The translations under genes were made by a program, and so were the position numbers. Source: Malacoraja senta (Eukaryota). From it: 64,000 nt of DNA. Below, piece after piece: positions 35,550 through 49,939 of the stretch. Below the pieces are notes generated by a model. It did not search any database. It had not been told where the DNA came from and saw only the letters and a list, made by a program, of their open reading frames with translations. Numbering within the stretch: position 1 is the first letter of the stretch; the number at the start of each line of letters is the position of its first letter. The stretch is from assembly GCA_038087875.1 (NCBI GenBank), contig CM075991.1, positions 4,774,001 to 4,838,000 on the forward strand, in the 5' to 3' direction.

Positions 35550-36130
35550 TCATGAGATAGAGTGAGGTTGGTGTTCTATGATATAAAGGCAGCATTTGAT
35601 CAAGAGTGACATCCAGATGCCATGGTAAAACTGAAACCAGTGGGCATCAGAGGGAAAATACTGGTTTGAGTCATACCTTGCAAAGTGGAAGATAGTTGTG
35701 ATTGTCATAGATCAATCATCCCGGTCCAAAGATAGACATAAAGTGCTGGAGTAACTCAGCTGGTCAGGCAGTATCTCTGGAGAGAAAGGTCACCCATCCT
35801 TTTTCTCCTGAAATGCTTCCTGACCCGCTGAGTTACTCCAGTACTTTGTGTCTATCTTCGGTATAAACCAACATATACAGCACCTTTTTACACATCCCTG
35901 TCCCAAGATGTCAATGGAAGAGCTAATTTCCTGACATACCAAGAACTTGGCACCATCTAAAAGGCACAAGTCAGGAGTATGATAAAATAGTCACAATTTG
36001 ATTGGATAAATGCAGCACCAATAGCTCTGAAGACACCTTAATTTCCTCCACTACTGGTGCACGATGGCTGCTTCGCATACCATTTACAAAATGCATTGCA
36101 CTTGATCAGACTACTTTAACAGTAGCTCCA
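35550..36130 (+). mobile_element. Old CR1/L2-group RT remnant with a nested inverted Penelope-derived pair (35730-35893)
   Basis: DIKAAFD-like motif (atataaaggcagcatttgatc); same family as 57760-58330. The nested inverted repeat is flanked by catcccggtccaaagat and catccctgtcccaagat. Confidence 0.6.
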
Positions 36131-37117
36131 AAAATTCACTGAGAATTAAGAGCATTCAAAACAGTAGCTTTCACTGTATCTTGGTACATGTGACAATAAT
36201 AATAACCCAATACCAATACTTTCTTAAGCAAACCAGCAGATAATAAATTTCAGAGCGGCCTGTTTTAATATCAAACTACCCAAGTGATTGGATGGGAAAT
36301 GACTGCACAAGCAATAAAAGGGCATTATGCATTTTCTTTGCTTCTATGTGTGTTCTTTGTGATTCCCAATTATTCTCACTCTACACTGCCTGGAATGTGC
36401 ATGATGAAGAATAGTATGAGTTGAGATAACCAAAGCAGGGTTCAGCAGTAACCTGAAAACAAACCTGATGAAGAATGAAGAATGGCCACCCACTGATGAG
36501 TACAATTTAGTTAAACCTTGACTATATAAAGTGACAGATGCAAGAATTTGCAAAAAAAATCTAAAATAATCGGTTCCACCATTACTTGTTTATATGTACA
36601 TTAATGTTACAGAATATTAATAGGTTTCTGCCAAGCTTTATGGTTTTAGACTGAGGAGGTGCGCACAAATTATTAACAGTTGTGCAAGCCAGCTATTCTG
36701 AAACTTTTTTTTTATTTCTAGCACATTAAATCATTATCAAGCTATAAAACATTCTGGTTGAATAAATTTTGAGTTTTGTACATTAACATCATGTTGTCAC
36801 ACTGAACAAAGCCCAGATTATGCAATTAATTTTCTTCAGACAAGTTGAAAATTAATTGTTTATTTAATTATAGCATATTAATATTGTAATGGAAAGGCAA
36901 CATTTGAAAGTATTCTAAGTATTCTGACAAATTCTAAATCTTGACCATGTTCTATTTAGGAATTGCAATCCCCATTGAAAATTTTCAGAACTCTGATTCT
37001 CCCCCCCCCCCCGCAGCTAATGATAGTGCAATGTTCATTGCATGATTTTGAAGAATGACCATAAAAATAAAACAATTTCTGAGATGTAAGCTTCCCCTTT
37101 CCCAATATTACTGTTAT

Positions 37118-37953
37118 AGCAAGAACAGATGATTATCTGGTGTCAGATTAGGAAAAGGGGAGGTGCAATGTAACCTGGGTGTGCTTGTACAGCAGTCACT
37201 GAAAGTAAGCATGCAGGCAGTGAAGAAAGCCAATGGCATGTTGGCCTTCATTGCGAGAGGATTTGAGTTTAGGAGCAAGGCGGTCCTACTGCAGCTGTAC
37301 AGGGCCCTAGTGAGACCGCACCTGGAGTATTGTGCGCAAATTTGGTCTCCTAATTTGAGGATGGACATTATTGCTATTGAGGGAGTGTAGCGTAGGTTCA
37401 CCAGGTTAATTCCCGGGATGGCGGTACTGACATATGATGAAAGAATGGGTCGACTGGACTTGTATTCACTGGAATTTAGAAGGATGAGAGGGGATCTTAT
37501 AGAAACGTATAAAATTCTTAAAGGATCAGCCATAATCACAGTGAATGGCGGTGCTGGCTCAAAGGGCTGAATGGACTACTCCTGCACCTATTGTCTATTG
37601 ATTGGACAGGCTAGATGCAGGAAAAATGTTCCCGATGTTGGGGGAGTCCAGAACCAGGGGTCACAGTTTAAGAATAAGGGGTAGGCCATTTAGGACTGAG
37701 ATGAGGAAAACTTCGTCACCCAGAGAGTTGTGAATCTGTGGAATTCTCTGCCACAGAAGGCAGTGGAGGCCCATTCACTGGATGTTTTCAAGAGAGAGTT
37801 AGATTCAGCTCTTAGGGCTAAAGGAATCGAGTGATATGGGGAAAAAGCAGAAACGGGGTACTGATTTTAGATGATCTGCCATGATCATATTGAATGGTGG
37901 TGCTGGATCGAAGGGCCGAATGGCCCTCCTGCACCTATTTTTCTATTTTTCTA
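37118..37953 (+). mobile_element. CR1 LINE 3' ~830 bp, with a second CR1 tail nested at ~37527-37580
   Basis: VKKANGMLAFIARG...LYRALVRPHLEYCAQIWSP, followed by the 3' UTR and tail. Confidence 0.9.
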
Positions 37954-40649
37954 ATATTGATTACTGTCAGATATATACCATGAACGATCAATGTGGAGGC
38001 TTGAGTTGAATGCCATTGTGATAAGGAGATTTTAAGATTTCAAGTAATTAAAAATAGCTCTGAAACAAAATGGTTGCATTAGTGATGAGCCTGAAACTCG
38101 CGGATTGTTATAAACATCCATCTAGTTCATTAACGGAAATCTGCCATTCTTCAATCGACTGGTTAAGGTGCAACTGCAATCCTCCAAAACGCATAGCAAA
38201 CCATTCAGTTCATCAGAGTAATTATGGATAAATAATAAATACTGGCCTTGCCAATAATACCAATATCCCATGATAAAAAAATAGAGGGAGTAATAGAGTA
38301 GCCTTCCATCAATGTCCCTCTGCACATTTATTACCAGAACTGCATTATAGAGCGGGAGGTGGCATTTTTGTCGTAGAAACCTGATGTTAAGACCCGAGTC
38401 CAAATGATGTAAAATTCAAAATGTCATCCTCTGGTTAAGTCATGGCAGGTTTCAGCAAATGTTTTTGTTGGTGTTCTGCCTACCCTTATTAATCCTCATG
38501 CTTCCATTACTGCTCTCTGTCCAGACTAAATGCCACTACCTGCATTATGCTAACTGTACTTTATCATTTACTTGGAGAGCTACAAGGAAGGAAAACAATG
38601 ATTCATGCTCAGTGACTCAGGTGAACATAAAGCCGAAACAAATTTTACTCTTGAGATGTTATTCCTACATGTTTGCTTTACATCCTGTACTTCCTGGTAA
38701 ATAAGAAGAATATTACATAGTGCTTCGCAGTCAAAGCAGTACTCTCTTGATTTGTTTCATTTTCGGGCCTTAAAATTACATTCACGACCTCGCGAAGGAA
38801 TAATGTGCTCCACATTTCTTTTCACTGATTAGAAATATTTAGCCAAAATTCTCACAACACCAAAATTCCTTAATTTTAAAAAAAATAAATAAGTTTGAAG
38901 AATTACATGGAGTTCTTTTTTTTAAAATAACATGCCTTCGGGATCTTCATTTAAAAGTAAATTTGCAAAAGGGGCGTAGTACATTTGTGGTCAACAAAAT
39001 AAATTCAGTTAGATGTGGCAAAATTCACAGTTAATGGTTTCATTTTTTCCTGCTTCTTTCCTTTAAACATAATTGATTGATCGGTTAAGGAGTAAACTAC
39101 CAAGTTTTATTTTCAATCATGAAATACTATCGCTTTGTAATTCGTTAAAATAGCCTGTGCTACGTTGCTCTTCCATTACTCGTTGTATTCTTTCAAATTG
39201 GATGAATGCTTCTGTGCTTGAGAGCAGTTTTTTGTCACCTTTCTTTGGCTGTAGATCAGTACAATTAATGAGGAGCGCCTTTACACTCATACACTGCATA
39301 ATAATAAAGGGAAAGAAAATCCATGCAAGTTTGGGAAATTAAGTGCTTGAACTTGGACCGTTCACACATTCAGTATAAACAGATTTCTAAAAAATAATTT
39401 TTAAATGTGGATATCTCCATTTGGATTTCGCTAAATTATTTAATTCAGTGTTCTGGTGAGGGAAATTGCAAATATGTTATTCAGTTTCATTTTTGCTTTA
39501 GGTGCCTTAGGTTTACAAAAATAATTCAATTCCCCATTGAGTCACATTTGAGCTTACTGTTGTTTACCTCCAAAAGCGTATTGAGAGAATAGTTCATGAG
39601 GAACATTTGTTGAAAAGTAATCTCTTCACAATATTATGTTGTCTTATTGCTGTCTGGCCAGGTTTATGCAATACAAGATTTATTTATTAAACTCGGGGAT
39701 AGCAATTGCAAATTAGGAACAGGGTCGGGAAATCCAGTTCCCTGTGGTTGTTGCATGTTCAATAAGATTATCACTAATTTGTACCTCATTTATTTACTTT
39801 TGATTTGGATCCCTGAATAAGAAAACATTATTTACCTCAGTCTTGAAAGGTTCACTTAGCTGTTCATATTTGTGCTGCCCTCAAAAGGATTGTCTGTAGA
39901 TATCATTCTGAATGATATCTTTCTAATTTTAAGACTCGCCACCCTAGTTCATTGTGCTCCCACAAGCAGTAAACATTTTCTTGAAGTTATTTTGTGAAAA
40001 ACATTTTATCATTTTAAACATTTACATTCAATCATTTATTGGATCTTCACTATTGAATACAAACCAAATGTATCAAACATCCTCATAATTTATGCCTTTA
40101 ATTCTGATACTTGGACAGATTCTCTGGTCTTCTCTGCTTCTACTTTCAATTTCTAAGATGTAGGCTGGCTGAATCCTTTAATAATTCCAAAATACTTCGA
40201 ACAAAGCAAACTTAAATATACTATTTACATTTTGCTTCCTTCATAATTTATGCTATTCTGCTTCTTCCAATCTATGAGAAAATATTAACCGCTCTCCAAT
40301 AGTTGAAGGAGTTATATTACTGTTACCATTACATTAGAAAAGCTCAGATACTTTGGATACTTTGCTCTTTAGACAGATGAAAACGGGAGCATAATCCCTG
40401 GAAGGCACATATTGGCAAGGTCCTCTTAGCTGAATAGTTCCTTGCTTTCTTTCCTTGACTTCTTTACCCTTGGGTCCTTCAGCTCCTTGAGCCCACTGCT
40501 AAAGCTCCCATGACAAGCGTCAAAAAAAGGCAAATTTGAGCTGAGGCAAAATGAGGTAATTCAATCCCTCTCAATAATGTCGGTTCAGAATATTCGGGTT
40601 GTCAAGCCAGAGCCCTAAATATTGAGCGTCAATTATTATTCAATTATTC

Positions 40650-41168
40650 AATTTTACAGCTGATCCCACTTTTTCCTGGACATTGTTGAATAGGAGCTCG
40701 AAACTCGCAGCACAACAGGCCGACGGCGGAGGCCTTCACGAGGTTCCGCAGCCGCCATGCCCGCCCCAGGAGACCTGAAGGCTTGGTGATCGGCGAGATC
40801 CTCCCGAAAGTTTGTTGGTCGGTGGGACCCACCCAAATTCCTGGCGGGCCGTGGAATGCTCCTGACCAGGAACACGCACGAAGGCTCGGCGCAAGGCGGG
40901 ACTGGGAGGGTGCTGGAGACGTCAGATGCAAGGAGGAAGGACCGGTAGGAGGGTAAACTGGGTTAATGCCTCCATGGACAGCTGCAGGAGGTGCCCCTGG
41001 GACACAGATGGCCGGATGAGGAGAGGGACATCGGTTTGCAGGAACTGCTCTAGTATATCCAGCGGGTGGGCCAAATGGACTTTGGAAATGGCGCCATGTT
41101 TTGGCATGTGTAAATATGCAAAAAGAATTTCACTCTGCAATTCCACAAGTAACAAATAAAGCACCATT
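40650..41168 (+). mobile_element. CpG-rich non-coding segment ending in a Rex1/L2-type 3' tail (probable non-autonomous retroposon)
   Basis: High GC/CpG compared with the flanks; ends aagaatttcactctgc...aacaaataaagcaccattg. Confidence 0.45.
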
Positions 41169-43159
41169 GCTCAAGGAAATGGGCGAGTCAGCCCAAATTT
41201 ACCAAGACGCCTATTCATACTAGTCCCATTTGTTCACGTTTGGCCCATGTCGATGGAAACAGCTCCTACCCATGTACCTGCCAAAATGTATTTTAAATAA
41301 CCCCAACTACTTCCTCTGGTTGCATATGTTTCATATCTATGTGTTAAATTGCAGAGAAGCTGCCATGTAAAGATGACATTGTGCACTATGATCAGCATTG
41401 ATTCTGAGATGAATGCTAAGATTGATAATACACACAAAATCAATCCTGTGGCACTTAAAATAAATATGACATGCAATTGAAATTCTCAAATCAACATTGG
41501 CATGCCAATGACAAGCAGGTGCTTGGGATAGGTATGCTATTTATACTTTACTGGATGAATGGATGCAGCTTGGCTGTCACCAAATTCACTTACCAAAACA
41601 CAGATATTTCCCTCATCAACATAGCTTCTCCCATTTCAAACACATGGTGGTGACTGTCATGGCAGTCGTCCAATTAAGTTTGTCATTATGATCTGTGCTG
41701 TCATGGAAACAAGACGTTGGGTGTGTATGTGTGAGCGCACATGCATGTGTGTGGATATGTGAGAGGGGGAGAGAGAGAAAGAGTTGACTGCTCAACCCTG
41801 AATTGATGCAAATCCCAAATAAAGGGAATGATGGATTTTCTTTTGTCAAGACTAATTTAAAAGCAATGAAAATTATTACTATTTGCTTTTACTTTGTAAA
41901 ATTGCTGTATTGTTGATAGGCCTAAATGAGGTGTTTCGACACGATGTTTATTCTGATAACATATAGCAGTCTGATGGAAGTAATTATGCTGACTTCATAA
42001 GTCATGTCCTATTAGATAAAAATATGAAGCAGAAGTGAACAACTTATCAGTTGTCTCCATGAAAAGCTGGTTATCTACTAATGATTCATTAATCTACATT
42101 ATTTTACATCAGGTCAGTTGTGTTCAATCTCTTAGAAATAGAAAATGTCAAATAGTTCCATTGTAAGTAAAAATTATCTGATTCTCATATATAATACCAG
42201 TAATTAACCAAAGGATGCGTATTTACCTAATTCCTCACACAATGTCGTTTATAGCCACATAGCTATATATAGCTTCTGCATTTCAGTGGAGGAGCACTGA
42301 GATCGCCAAAGGTTGTTGAACTCAATGGATTACAGAGCCATAGAAAAGAAGAAAATGATTGAAACATTAGAACTGGGCTGTTTTTTGATTACTAGAGCCA
42401 ATGCTGCTCTGCAAGGACAGGGGTGTTCACTGCAAAAGGGGATGGGCACTCAAAGAGTGACACAAGAGGCCAGCCAAAAGTGTCAGAATAACAGAATAGT
42501 CAAATCTAGAGGTAACAAAGCCATGAACTAACGTTTCAGTAGCTGATGAGCTGAGGCAGTTGTGAAGACGGGTGATGTGATGGAAATAGAAAAATGAAGC
42601 TTTATTGATGGTTTGGACACTTGTTCCTTAGATCATCTCGGGGTCAAGCAGGGTACCAAGCTTTCAAAAAGTTCAGCTTGTGTTCGCATTGATGCCAGGG
42701 AAAGAAATGGAATCATTGGTCAAGAAATCATTTATGCCGACAGCAACCTTCCCAATATTCAATTGAAGTAAAGATCTGACCGTTCAGTGCCATACGTCTA
42801 TCAGGCAGTTTGACAATTTAAAGTCAATGGAAAGGCAAAAGGAAAATGCAATGAAGAATAACTGAGTGTTCTCTGCGTTTGTGTGATACATTTTTCAGAT
42901 GTTACTGCTACTTGGCAAAAAAGAATGAGAAATAAAAGGTGAAAGTTAGATTGTTGGGTTATGACAAGAGGTAACAGTGAAGGTATGGGAGGGTTGCTGG
43001 TGATACTCTGTCCACAACTCATTTGGTAAGAATAACTTCGTTGTACAGTTACTCAGCACTGGAGAAACACTGGAGGACATTGGAATGGTCATATGATACA
43101 AAATGGGAACATGAAGGAGTCCTCATAATGTGTTGCCATTTAAGATGATCATAGAGCAG

Positions 43160-43375
43160 CTGTGGTGCAATTCGTGGAGTTCCTGCATCAGCTCTAGTTC
43201 AACGAACTTAGCAGTAACATCTGAAAATGGTGCCACATGATCGCTATTTTCAAATCCATTGACTTAGGTTCCTTCCTGTCTGTGTACAGTTCGCAGGTTG
43301 TCTCTGTGACCGGGTGGCTTTCTTCAGGGCTTGGGTTTCCTTATACATAACAAAGATGGGTGGATTGGATTGGAA
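43160..43375 (+). mobile_element. Degenerate tRNA-SINE fragment
   Basis: ctgtggtgcaattcgtggagttcctgc...ctgtctgtgtacagttcgcagg...ctctgtgaccgggtggctttc. Confidence 0.5.
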
Positions 43376-43944
43376 ACTACATATTATAAATGTTTCACAA
43401 ATCTCCGCTCCTATGAAGCTGAAAGCAGTACTATACGTTACATGTTATATCATATTTGCCTCAAACGCTTAATTGAAAAAGAGGGTCAATAGCTGTACTG
43501 CAAATAACTGAATATTTCCACATAGAGGGAAATTCCCTGGATTTTTACATAAATAGTTACACTGAGCATATTTAAACTTGAGGTATATTGCAGCAGCATA
43601 ATCCAATTTCTCACTTCCTACATTAGCAGTTTAATATCGTGTAAACATTTATTTAGTCTGAAGTTTTATTTTTGACTTGTGGCTGGCAAATTAATGTATT
43701 AGATAACTGTTAAAAGTTCACAGTGATGTATGAAAGTAGTTTCTTAACCACTGCGCAAAGGAATCACATCTTATTCTCCTCTTTACTCATATTTTCAGCT
43801 CTTGTCTTTTTGTGAAAGTATTCATATCTTGCAAGATATTTGTAAGTTCAAGGGTCTTTTATTTTAATGGGTGTGTACAAAGTTTGAATGGCATCTAGCC
43901 TTCTGGTTGTATGAGGTGTCACTTTTGTTTCCACCCAACCGAGG

Positions 43945-44064
43945 TTATTGGATCCTGATGTTTAAGAAGGAACTGCAGATGCTGGAAAATCGAAGGTAGA
44001 CAAAAATGCATATCCTTGGATTTGCAAATTATTGCAAATAATAATGCTAATTATTGGATCCTGA
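43945..44064 (-). mobile_element. Truncated Penelope-derived end plus filler DNA within a 14-bp TSD
   Basis: ttattggatcctga at 43945-43958 and 44051-44064; the insert starts tgtttaagaaggaactgcagatgctggaaaatcgaagg. Confidence 0.75.
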
Positions 44065-44614
44065 AGTGGGTTTATTGGAGTCAATTAACAGCATTACAAC
44101 TGGAGCTGTGGCTAAGATGCATCAACTCATCAAGAATTACTGTCATTTTTAGTCGTGTTGGCCGTGAAATTTGACCACCAATATGAGCAACAACAAATGC
44201 CAGCCAATTTTCTATTTTATACTTCCTATCCCCAAAGTTAATTTTCATCCCACACTACATCATTCATAAACCATATATTTCAACATGTACATATTCCACT
44301 AAATATGAATAAATTGTTGAAGAGGCCTGTGAATCATTTACAATTATTGCTGATAATGGAAGAGCTCTTGGACTACAAATCTGAGGCCAAAGCACAGTTT
44401 ATTTTCAATGCAGATGTACAAAGTTCAAGATTGTCATGAAAACTCAAGACAGTCTTCTTCAATTATGAACCATCAACTGTTTTGGCCTTGTGTTACTGTA
44501 AAATATCACAGTCTGTACACTCTATAAATACATCATTGTATGTATTTACCGAGTGGAAGTAACACTTTAAAATCAATTAGTTCCAGGGATCAGTATCAAG
44601 CGCTCCAATATCAA

Positions 44615-44903
44615 ACAGACCAATGGGCATATGTTTAAGGTGAGAGGGGCAAAGTTTGAAAGAGATGTGCGGGGCAAGTTTTTTTACAGAGGGTAATGAG
44701 TGCCTGCAATACACTGCTGGGGTTGGTGGTGGAGGCAGATACCATTGTGGCATTTAAGAGATCTTTGGATAGGCACTTGGGTATGCAGGGAATGGAGCAA
44801 CATGGATTATGTGCAGACAGATAAAAGCAGGTCTTAGCATAATATTCAGCACAGACATAGCGGGGCGAAGGACCTGTTCCTGTGCTGTACCACTCTATAT
44901 TCT
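44615..44903 (+). mobile_element. CR1 LINE 3' fragment
   Basis: gggcatatgtttaaggtgagaggggcaaag...gaaggacctgttcctgtgctgtac. Confidence 0.75.
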
Positions 44904-46182
44904 ACTGCTCTCTAATGATCGAAGTCCTAACATTCACAATCCTCCCACTATAATACTGGTCTGACCCTCTCTACCAGTTTATCCTGAGCCTCTCCCAATC
45001 ACAACCACGCCTACCATTGTTTCCAGTGATCTGCAACTTTCTAGATACGCTCGGCCAACTCTGCTGTTGTGGAGCTGCAAGAAAAATCGCTTAATTGCGA
45101 GTTTCCTGATGCAAGGTCTTTTGTGTGCATGAGCAAATATTACTGTGCATGTAGGCTGCACAAAATTGCTGCAGCAAACATAGCCTGATCTCAACTAAAT
45201 AAAGTGACAATTTAACAAGCCTTGTGAGAAGCTGAAGAATTTCTAGTCCCTGGTCTTTATAAAGTACACAACTCAATGCTAGAGTATTGCATTGCCTTGT
45301 AGAAGTATGGTAATAAATTGTTTTAATTCTGTTCTGACTGTTGTAAAACAGGAAGAAACTAAACTCAGTAATGCCTCATATTATGAAGCATTTCATAATG
45401 AAATACTATTGCAGTGAGGTTTGTCTTGGAGTCATCTTTCCTTTCACATTGTAAGTTGTTCAGTCGTACCTTATGAGTAAACATTGTATATCAATCTCTA
45501 GGCAGCGCTGCTTTTGGAGCATTGTGAGGGAAATTTAGACCACATTGTCACAGGAATGCCTTTTATAAGGCACTCACATGATAAATAGGTTTGCATTGCT
45601 GTACTCTGGCAACACACCAATGTGAATCCCATTATCTTCTTCACGCTCCCTCTCTCCATAGGAACAACCAGTTTTAAGATTTCAACAACCCCCATGATCT
45701 CGCATTGCACTTGAACTGAGTATGTTTCTTACAGAGGGTGCCTGGAATGTACTGCCGGGGATGGGGTGGAGGCTAATATGATCGTGCCATTTAAGGCGTA
45801 TGTATCACAGTAGATCTGGAATTGCATTAACGGCCAGAGCAAGCAGGCATATGTTGTTTCCTTTCCTAAAAAATATTTGTGAACACAGTGAATTATTATA
45901 GTTACCCTGCCTTTCCATCATCACCATTATTAATAACTAATATCATATTTGAAACGAATAAAAATAATTGAATTTTAATTCTTCATCTATGTTATGGGAT
46001 TTCACCTCATGTCATGTACAGTGACTAACTACAGTGCCACTGTACCCAGAATTTCAGTATCAAAGAGTGAATGTGAAAACCTTAACCAATACAAGATAGA
46101 TAATTTATAATATAATCAGGGCGAGCAATTGTTTAATTTGCAGCTTCCATGAAAACACATTTATCACCACAAATGATGATTG

Positions 46183-46680
46183 TGATTGATGCAGTGCAGC
46201 GTATGTTCACGAGATTGATCCCTGGGATGGCGGGACTGTCATATGAGGAAAGATTGAAAAGACTAGGCTTGTATTCACTGGAGTTTAGAAAGATGAGGGG
46301 GGATCTTATAGAAACATATAAAATTATAAAAGGACTGGGCAAGCTAGATGCAGGAAAAATGTTCCCAATGTGGGGCGAGACCAGAACCAGGGGCCACAGT
46401 CTTAGAATAAAGGGGAGGTCATTTAAGACTGAGGTGAGAAAAAACTTTTTCACCCAGAGAGTTGTGAATTTATGGAATTCCCTGCCACAGAGGGCAGTGG
46501 AGGCCAAGTCACTGGATGGATTTAAGAGAGAGTTAGATAGAGCTCTAGGCGCTAGTGGAATCAAGGGACATGGGGAGAAGGCAGACATGGGGACGATCAG
46601 CCATGATCACAATGAATGGCGGTGCTGGCTCAAAGGGCCGAATGGCCTTCCTGCTGCACCTATTTTCTATGTTTCTATGA
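46183..46680 (+). mobile_element. CR1 LINE 3' ~500 bp
   Basis: VQRMFTRLIPGMAGLSYEERLKRLGLYSLEFRKMRGDLIETYKI...RVVNLWNSLP, then a ttctatgtttctatg tail. Confidence 0.92.
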
Positions 46681-47546
46681 TATGAAGATTGTCAGTCTGT
46701 TGCTGAAAGAAGATGACTGTCGTACAATATTTTGTCAGATTATTACTGTAGTCTGTTGGCATTGGTGCCAACACGACAGGGATCACAACACCCTGAAAAA
46801 ATTTTTATTGGCATTTCCTTCAATGTGCAGTGGTTTTCTGGTGAGATGCCATCTTGATTTTTGTCTTGTCATTGGAGGTCTATTATCTTGGCAAATAGCA
46901 AAGGTTGTGTTGGGGAGGGTGGAAGGAAGAATATTGGGGATATATATGGAGGGTTGGCATCTAGATAGCCTGCTTAGTCACAAGCCCTCAAAAAAATATT
47001 ATAACCTTGTCCTGTTGGGAATGGTCCCTGCCATTTGGTACTGCCCTAAATGTCTAAGCAAACCCCATGTGGGGATTGTATGTTTGCCTCAATTCTGGAA
47101 GGCATCAAAAATGTAGGCTCAAAAAAATATTAGTTTGAATTTCCTGCTTCCTGGCTCTAATTATTGTTTATTGGAATATTTGTACTTTGTTAATTGGACA
47201 AACTGAAAGACCATGAATTTCACATAATAGCATAATTGCTGGAGAACTCCATTAATTGGGCATTGATTTATTTTAGCCCTTGACAAAATGAAACGTTTGG
47301 GAACTTGATCACTATATGAAATAACCTCTCAATTCTGATGGTTGGGAAAACGGACATCTAACCAAGGTAATAAAATGCACCTTTTCCTGTCAGGATGCCA
47401 TTCCTAACTATATATTTTGTGCTTATTAATGATGGGATCCTGTGGCAGGATATGAGCATAGACTTAGGAATTCTAACGTTCAGTGTACAAATCAACAACT
47501 GAGCGAAAAACCATAGATGTGGAGAAAGGCCAAAGCTCTTCTTTTA

Positions 47547-48535
47547 CGTCCTCGTTCTTTAGGAAACGGGAGTTCCCCTCTTCCATTATAGATGAGGATC
47601 TCACTAGGCTCCTCGATATCCCGCAGCTCCGCTCTTGCTACCCCTCCCCCTATTCGTAACAAGGACCAAATCCCCCTTGTCCTCACCTTCCACCCCATCA
47701 GCTGTCACATACAGCCTATAATCCTCCAACATTTTCGCCACCTCCAACGGGACCCCACTACTGGCCACATCTTCCCACCTCCACCCCTTTCTGCTTTCTG
47801 CAGAGACCATTCCCTCCGCAACTCCCTGGTCAACTCGTCCCTTCCCACCCAAACCACCCCTTCCCCAGGTACTTTCCCCAGCAATCGCAGGAGCTGCAGC
47901 ACATGTCCCTTTACCTCCCCTCTCGACTCCATCTAAGGGCCCCAACAGTCTTTCCAGGTGAGGCAGAGGTTCACTTGCACCCCCTCCAACCTCATCTACT
48001 GTATCCGCTGTTCTTGGTGTCAACTCCTGTACATTGGCGAGACCAAGCGTAGGCTCGCCGATCGTTTCGCTCAACGCCTCTGCTCAGTCCACCTGAACCT
48101 ATCTGATCCCCCGATTGCCCAGCACTTTAACTCCCCCTGCCATTCCCAATCAAAGGACAAAGGACATTTATTGTCACTTACACCAATTGGTGCAGTGAAA
48201 TTTGAGTTGCCATTTGAGTTTTTAATCTGACCTTTCTGTCTTGGTCCTCCTCCATTCTCAGAGTGAGGCCCAGCGCAAATTGGAGGAACAGCACCTCATA
48301 TTTCGCTTGGGTAGCTTACATCTCAGCGGTATGAACATTGCTTTCCCTCTCTCTGTCCTTTCCCCTTCCAAGTTCTCCCACCAGTCTTACTGTCTCTGAC
48401 TACATTCTATCTCTGTCCTGCCCACTCCCCTGACTTCAGTCTGAAGAAGGGTCTCGACCCGAAATGTCACCCATTCCATCCCTCCAGAGATGCTGCCTGT
48501 CCCGCTGAGTTATTCCAGCATTTTGTGTCCACCTC
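47547..48535 (+). mobile_element. Penelope-like element 3' part: GIY-YIG endonuclease pseudogene plus pseudo-LTR
   Basis: IPLVLTFHP...AFCRDHSLRNSLV...CSTCPF; FTCTPSNLIYCIRCSWCQLLYIGETKRRLADRF...HFN; RKLEEQHLIFRLG...GMN. A small LINE-tail insert lies at ~48152-48228. Confidence 0.9.
48441..48468 (+). ncRNA. Minimal type I hammerhead ribozyme-like core (Penelope pseudo-LTR)
   Basis: CTGAAGA-a-GGGTC tc GACCC-GAAA-tGTC; the stem III palindrome ACGT is mutated to ATGT in this copy. Confidence 0.6.
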
Positions 48536-49939
48536 TGAAATAATGACTGGGTGAGCAAAATATCAAGAAACTCGGCATTCACATTGACATCTGGGAGAAC
48601 CCAGCCCACAACCATTTAGTCTGGAGAAGCCAGGTCAAGGTTTGGTGCAGTTATCGTGAAGAGCCATCAGAAACACTAAGTGAAGAATCAGTGGTGAACC
48701 AGGAAGCAGAGTCTGCTGCCGCATCCGCTTGCGCAGTGTGGATGTAGCTACCATGAGAAGGTATGATGCTCATACCTTCTCCCAAGGCAAGCAACATTGA
48801 CTAACAGATAGACTCATGCCACTTCATTGATAGAATTAATATGCAGTGATTTAAAGTGACAGTAGTGGCATTGATACTAAATGTTGGCTCAGGGACAAAA
48901 AGCAGTGGTGATGGTGAATAGAGGGAATTATGCGATGGTTTTCCTAGGGGGTTTGAAACCACAACCTTACATTTCAATTGTGACTGCTATCATTGTGCCT
49001 TGGCTTACAAGGTTGGGCGATGTTACCCTGTCATGTATGTGAAGGGAATTTTGGAAAAAAGAGGAAGAGCAGTTGAACTAAAGGAAAATACTAACTGCAA
49101 TATGCACACTCTGTCAGAGGCTTCACTTCACAAACTTTAGCCTTGATTATTGACCAGTTCCAGGCTGAAACTGTACTGCGCATTAGCTGGGTATCTATAG
49201 GATGGTTGGAATGATAAATAACACTGGTAAAATCTGCTTGGTTGATGCAGCACTTTATATATTTGCTGAGGGAAAATCAAATGGATATGATTAAAGCTAT
49301 TCATCTTGACATTCTCTGGCTTTTAACTGTGCACTTTTATCCCTGTAAGCTTTTAAAGTACTGAGGTGCACTGTTAGAAGAAAGATTGGATGACTTGGGG
49401 AAAAAAAAATTCTGGGTGAAGCATACTCCATTTTACTGTGAGAGGTTTCATGGTACTTAAATTTTTCCATTATCTCAGTTGAACTTGAACTCCGATGGAA
49501 AAATTAACAAGAGATATTTTTCAAAAGTAACATGCTTTTTTAATGTAGTTTGGTTTTACCCATGAATCCTGATGAGACCAGTAAAAGAATAAATCTGCAA
49601 CTAAAAATCTCTCATCTGGTTGCAAAGTATCATTGAAGATGCTGCCAATTTACTGTAAACCACATTTAATACGTTTGCTGGTATGATGGTGAATTTGGCA
49701 GGAAGCAGATTCACTGCTATTGCTACTTGATGCTTGTCCTTGCATTCATGCATGTATTGACGAGAATAACTACATACCTCGAAACATCTGTCTACATGCA
49801 AGGAAAGTAGAGGAAATCTGAAGCAGGCCTAAAGAATATAAAGCCCTTGCATGGTCTCTGACAATTCTCTTTTGGTCACCTTGGATATTTTGCAGCTCAA
49901 GAAGTCGGGAATCTTGAGTTTAGCAATGATTCTACTTTA

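Noticed and set aside
46616..47116. 166-aa ORF
   Set aside because: It begins inside a CR1 3' UTR and has no recognisable domain or splice context.
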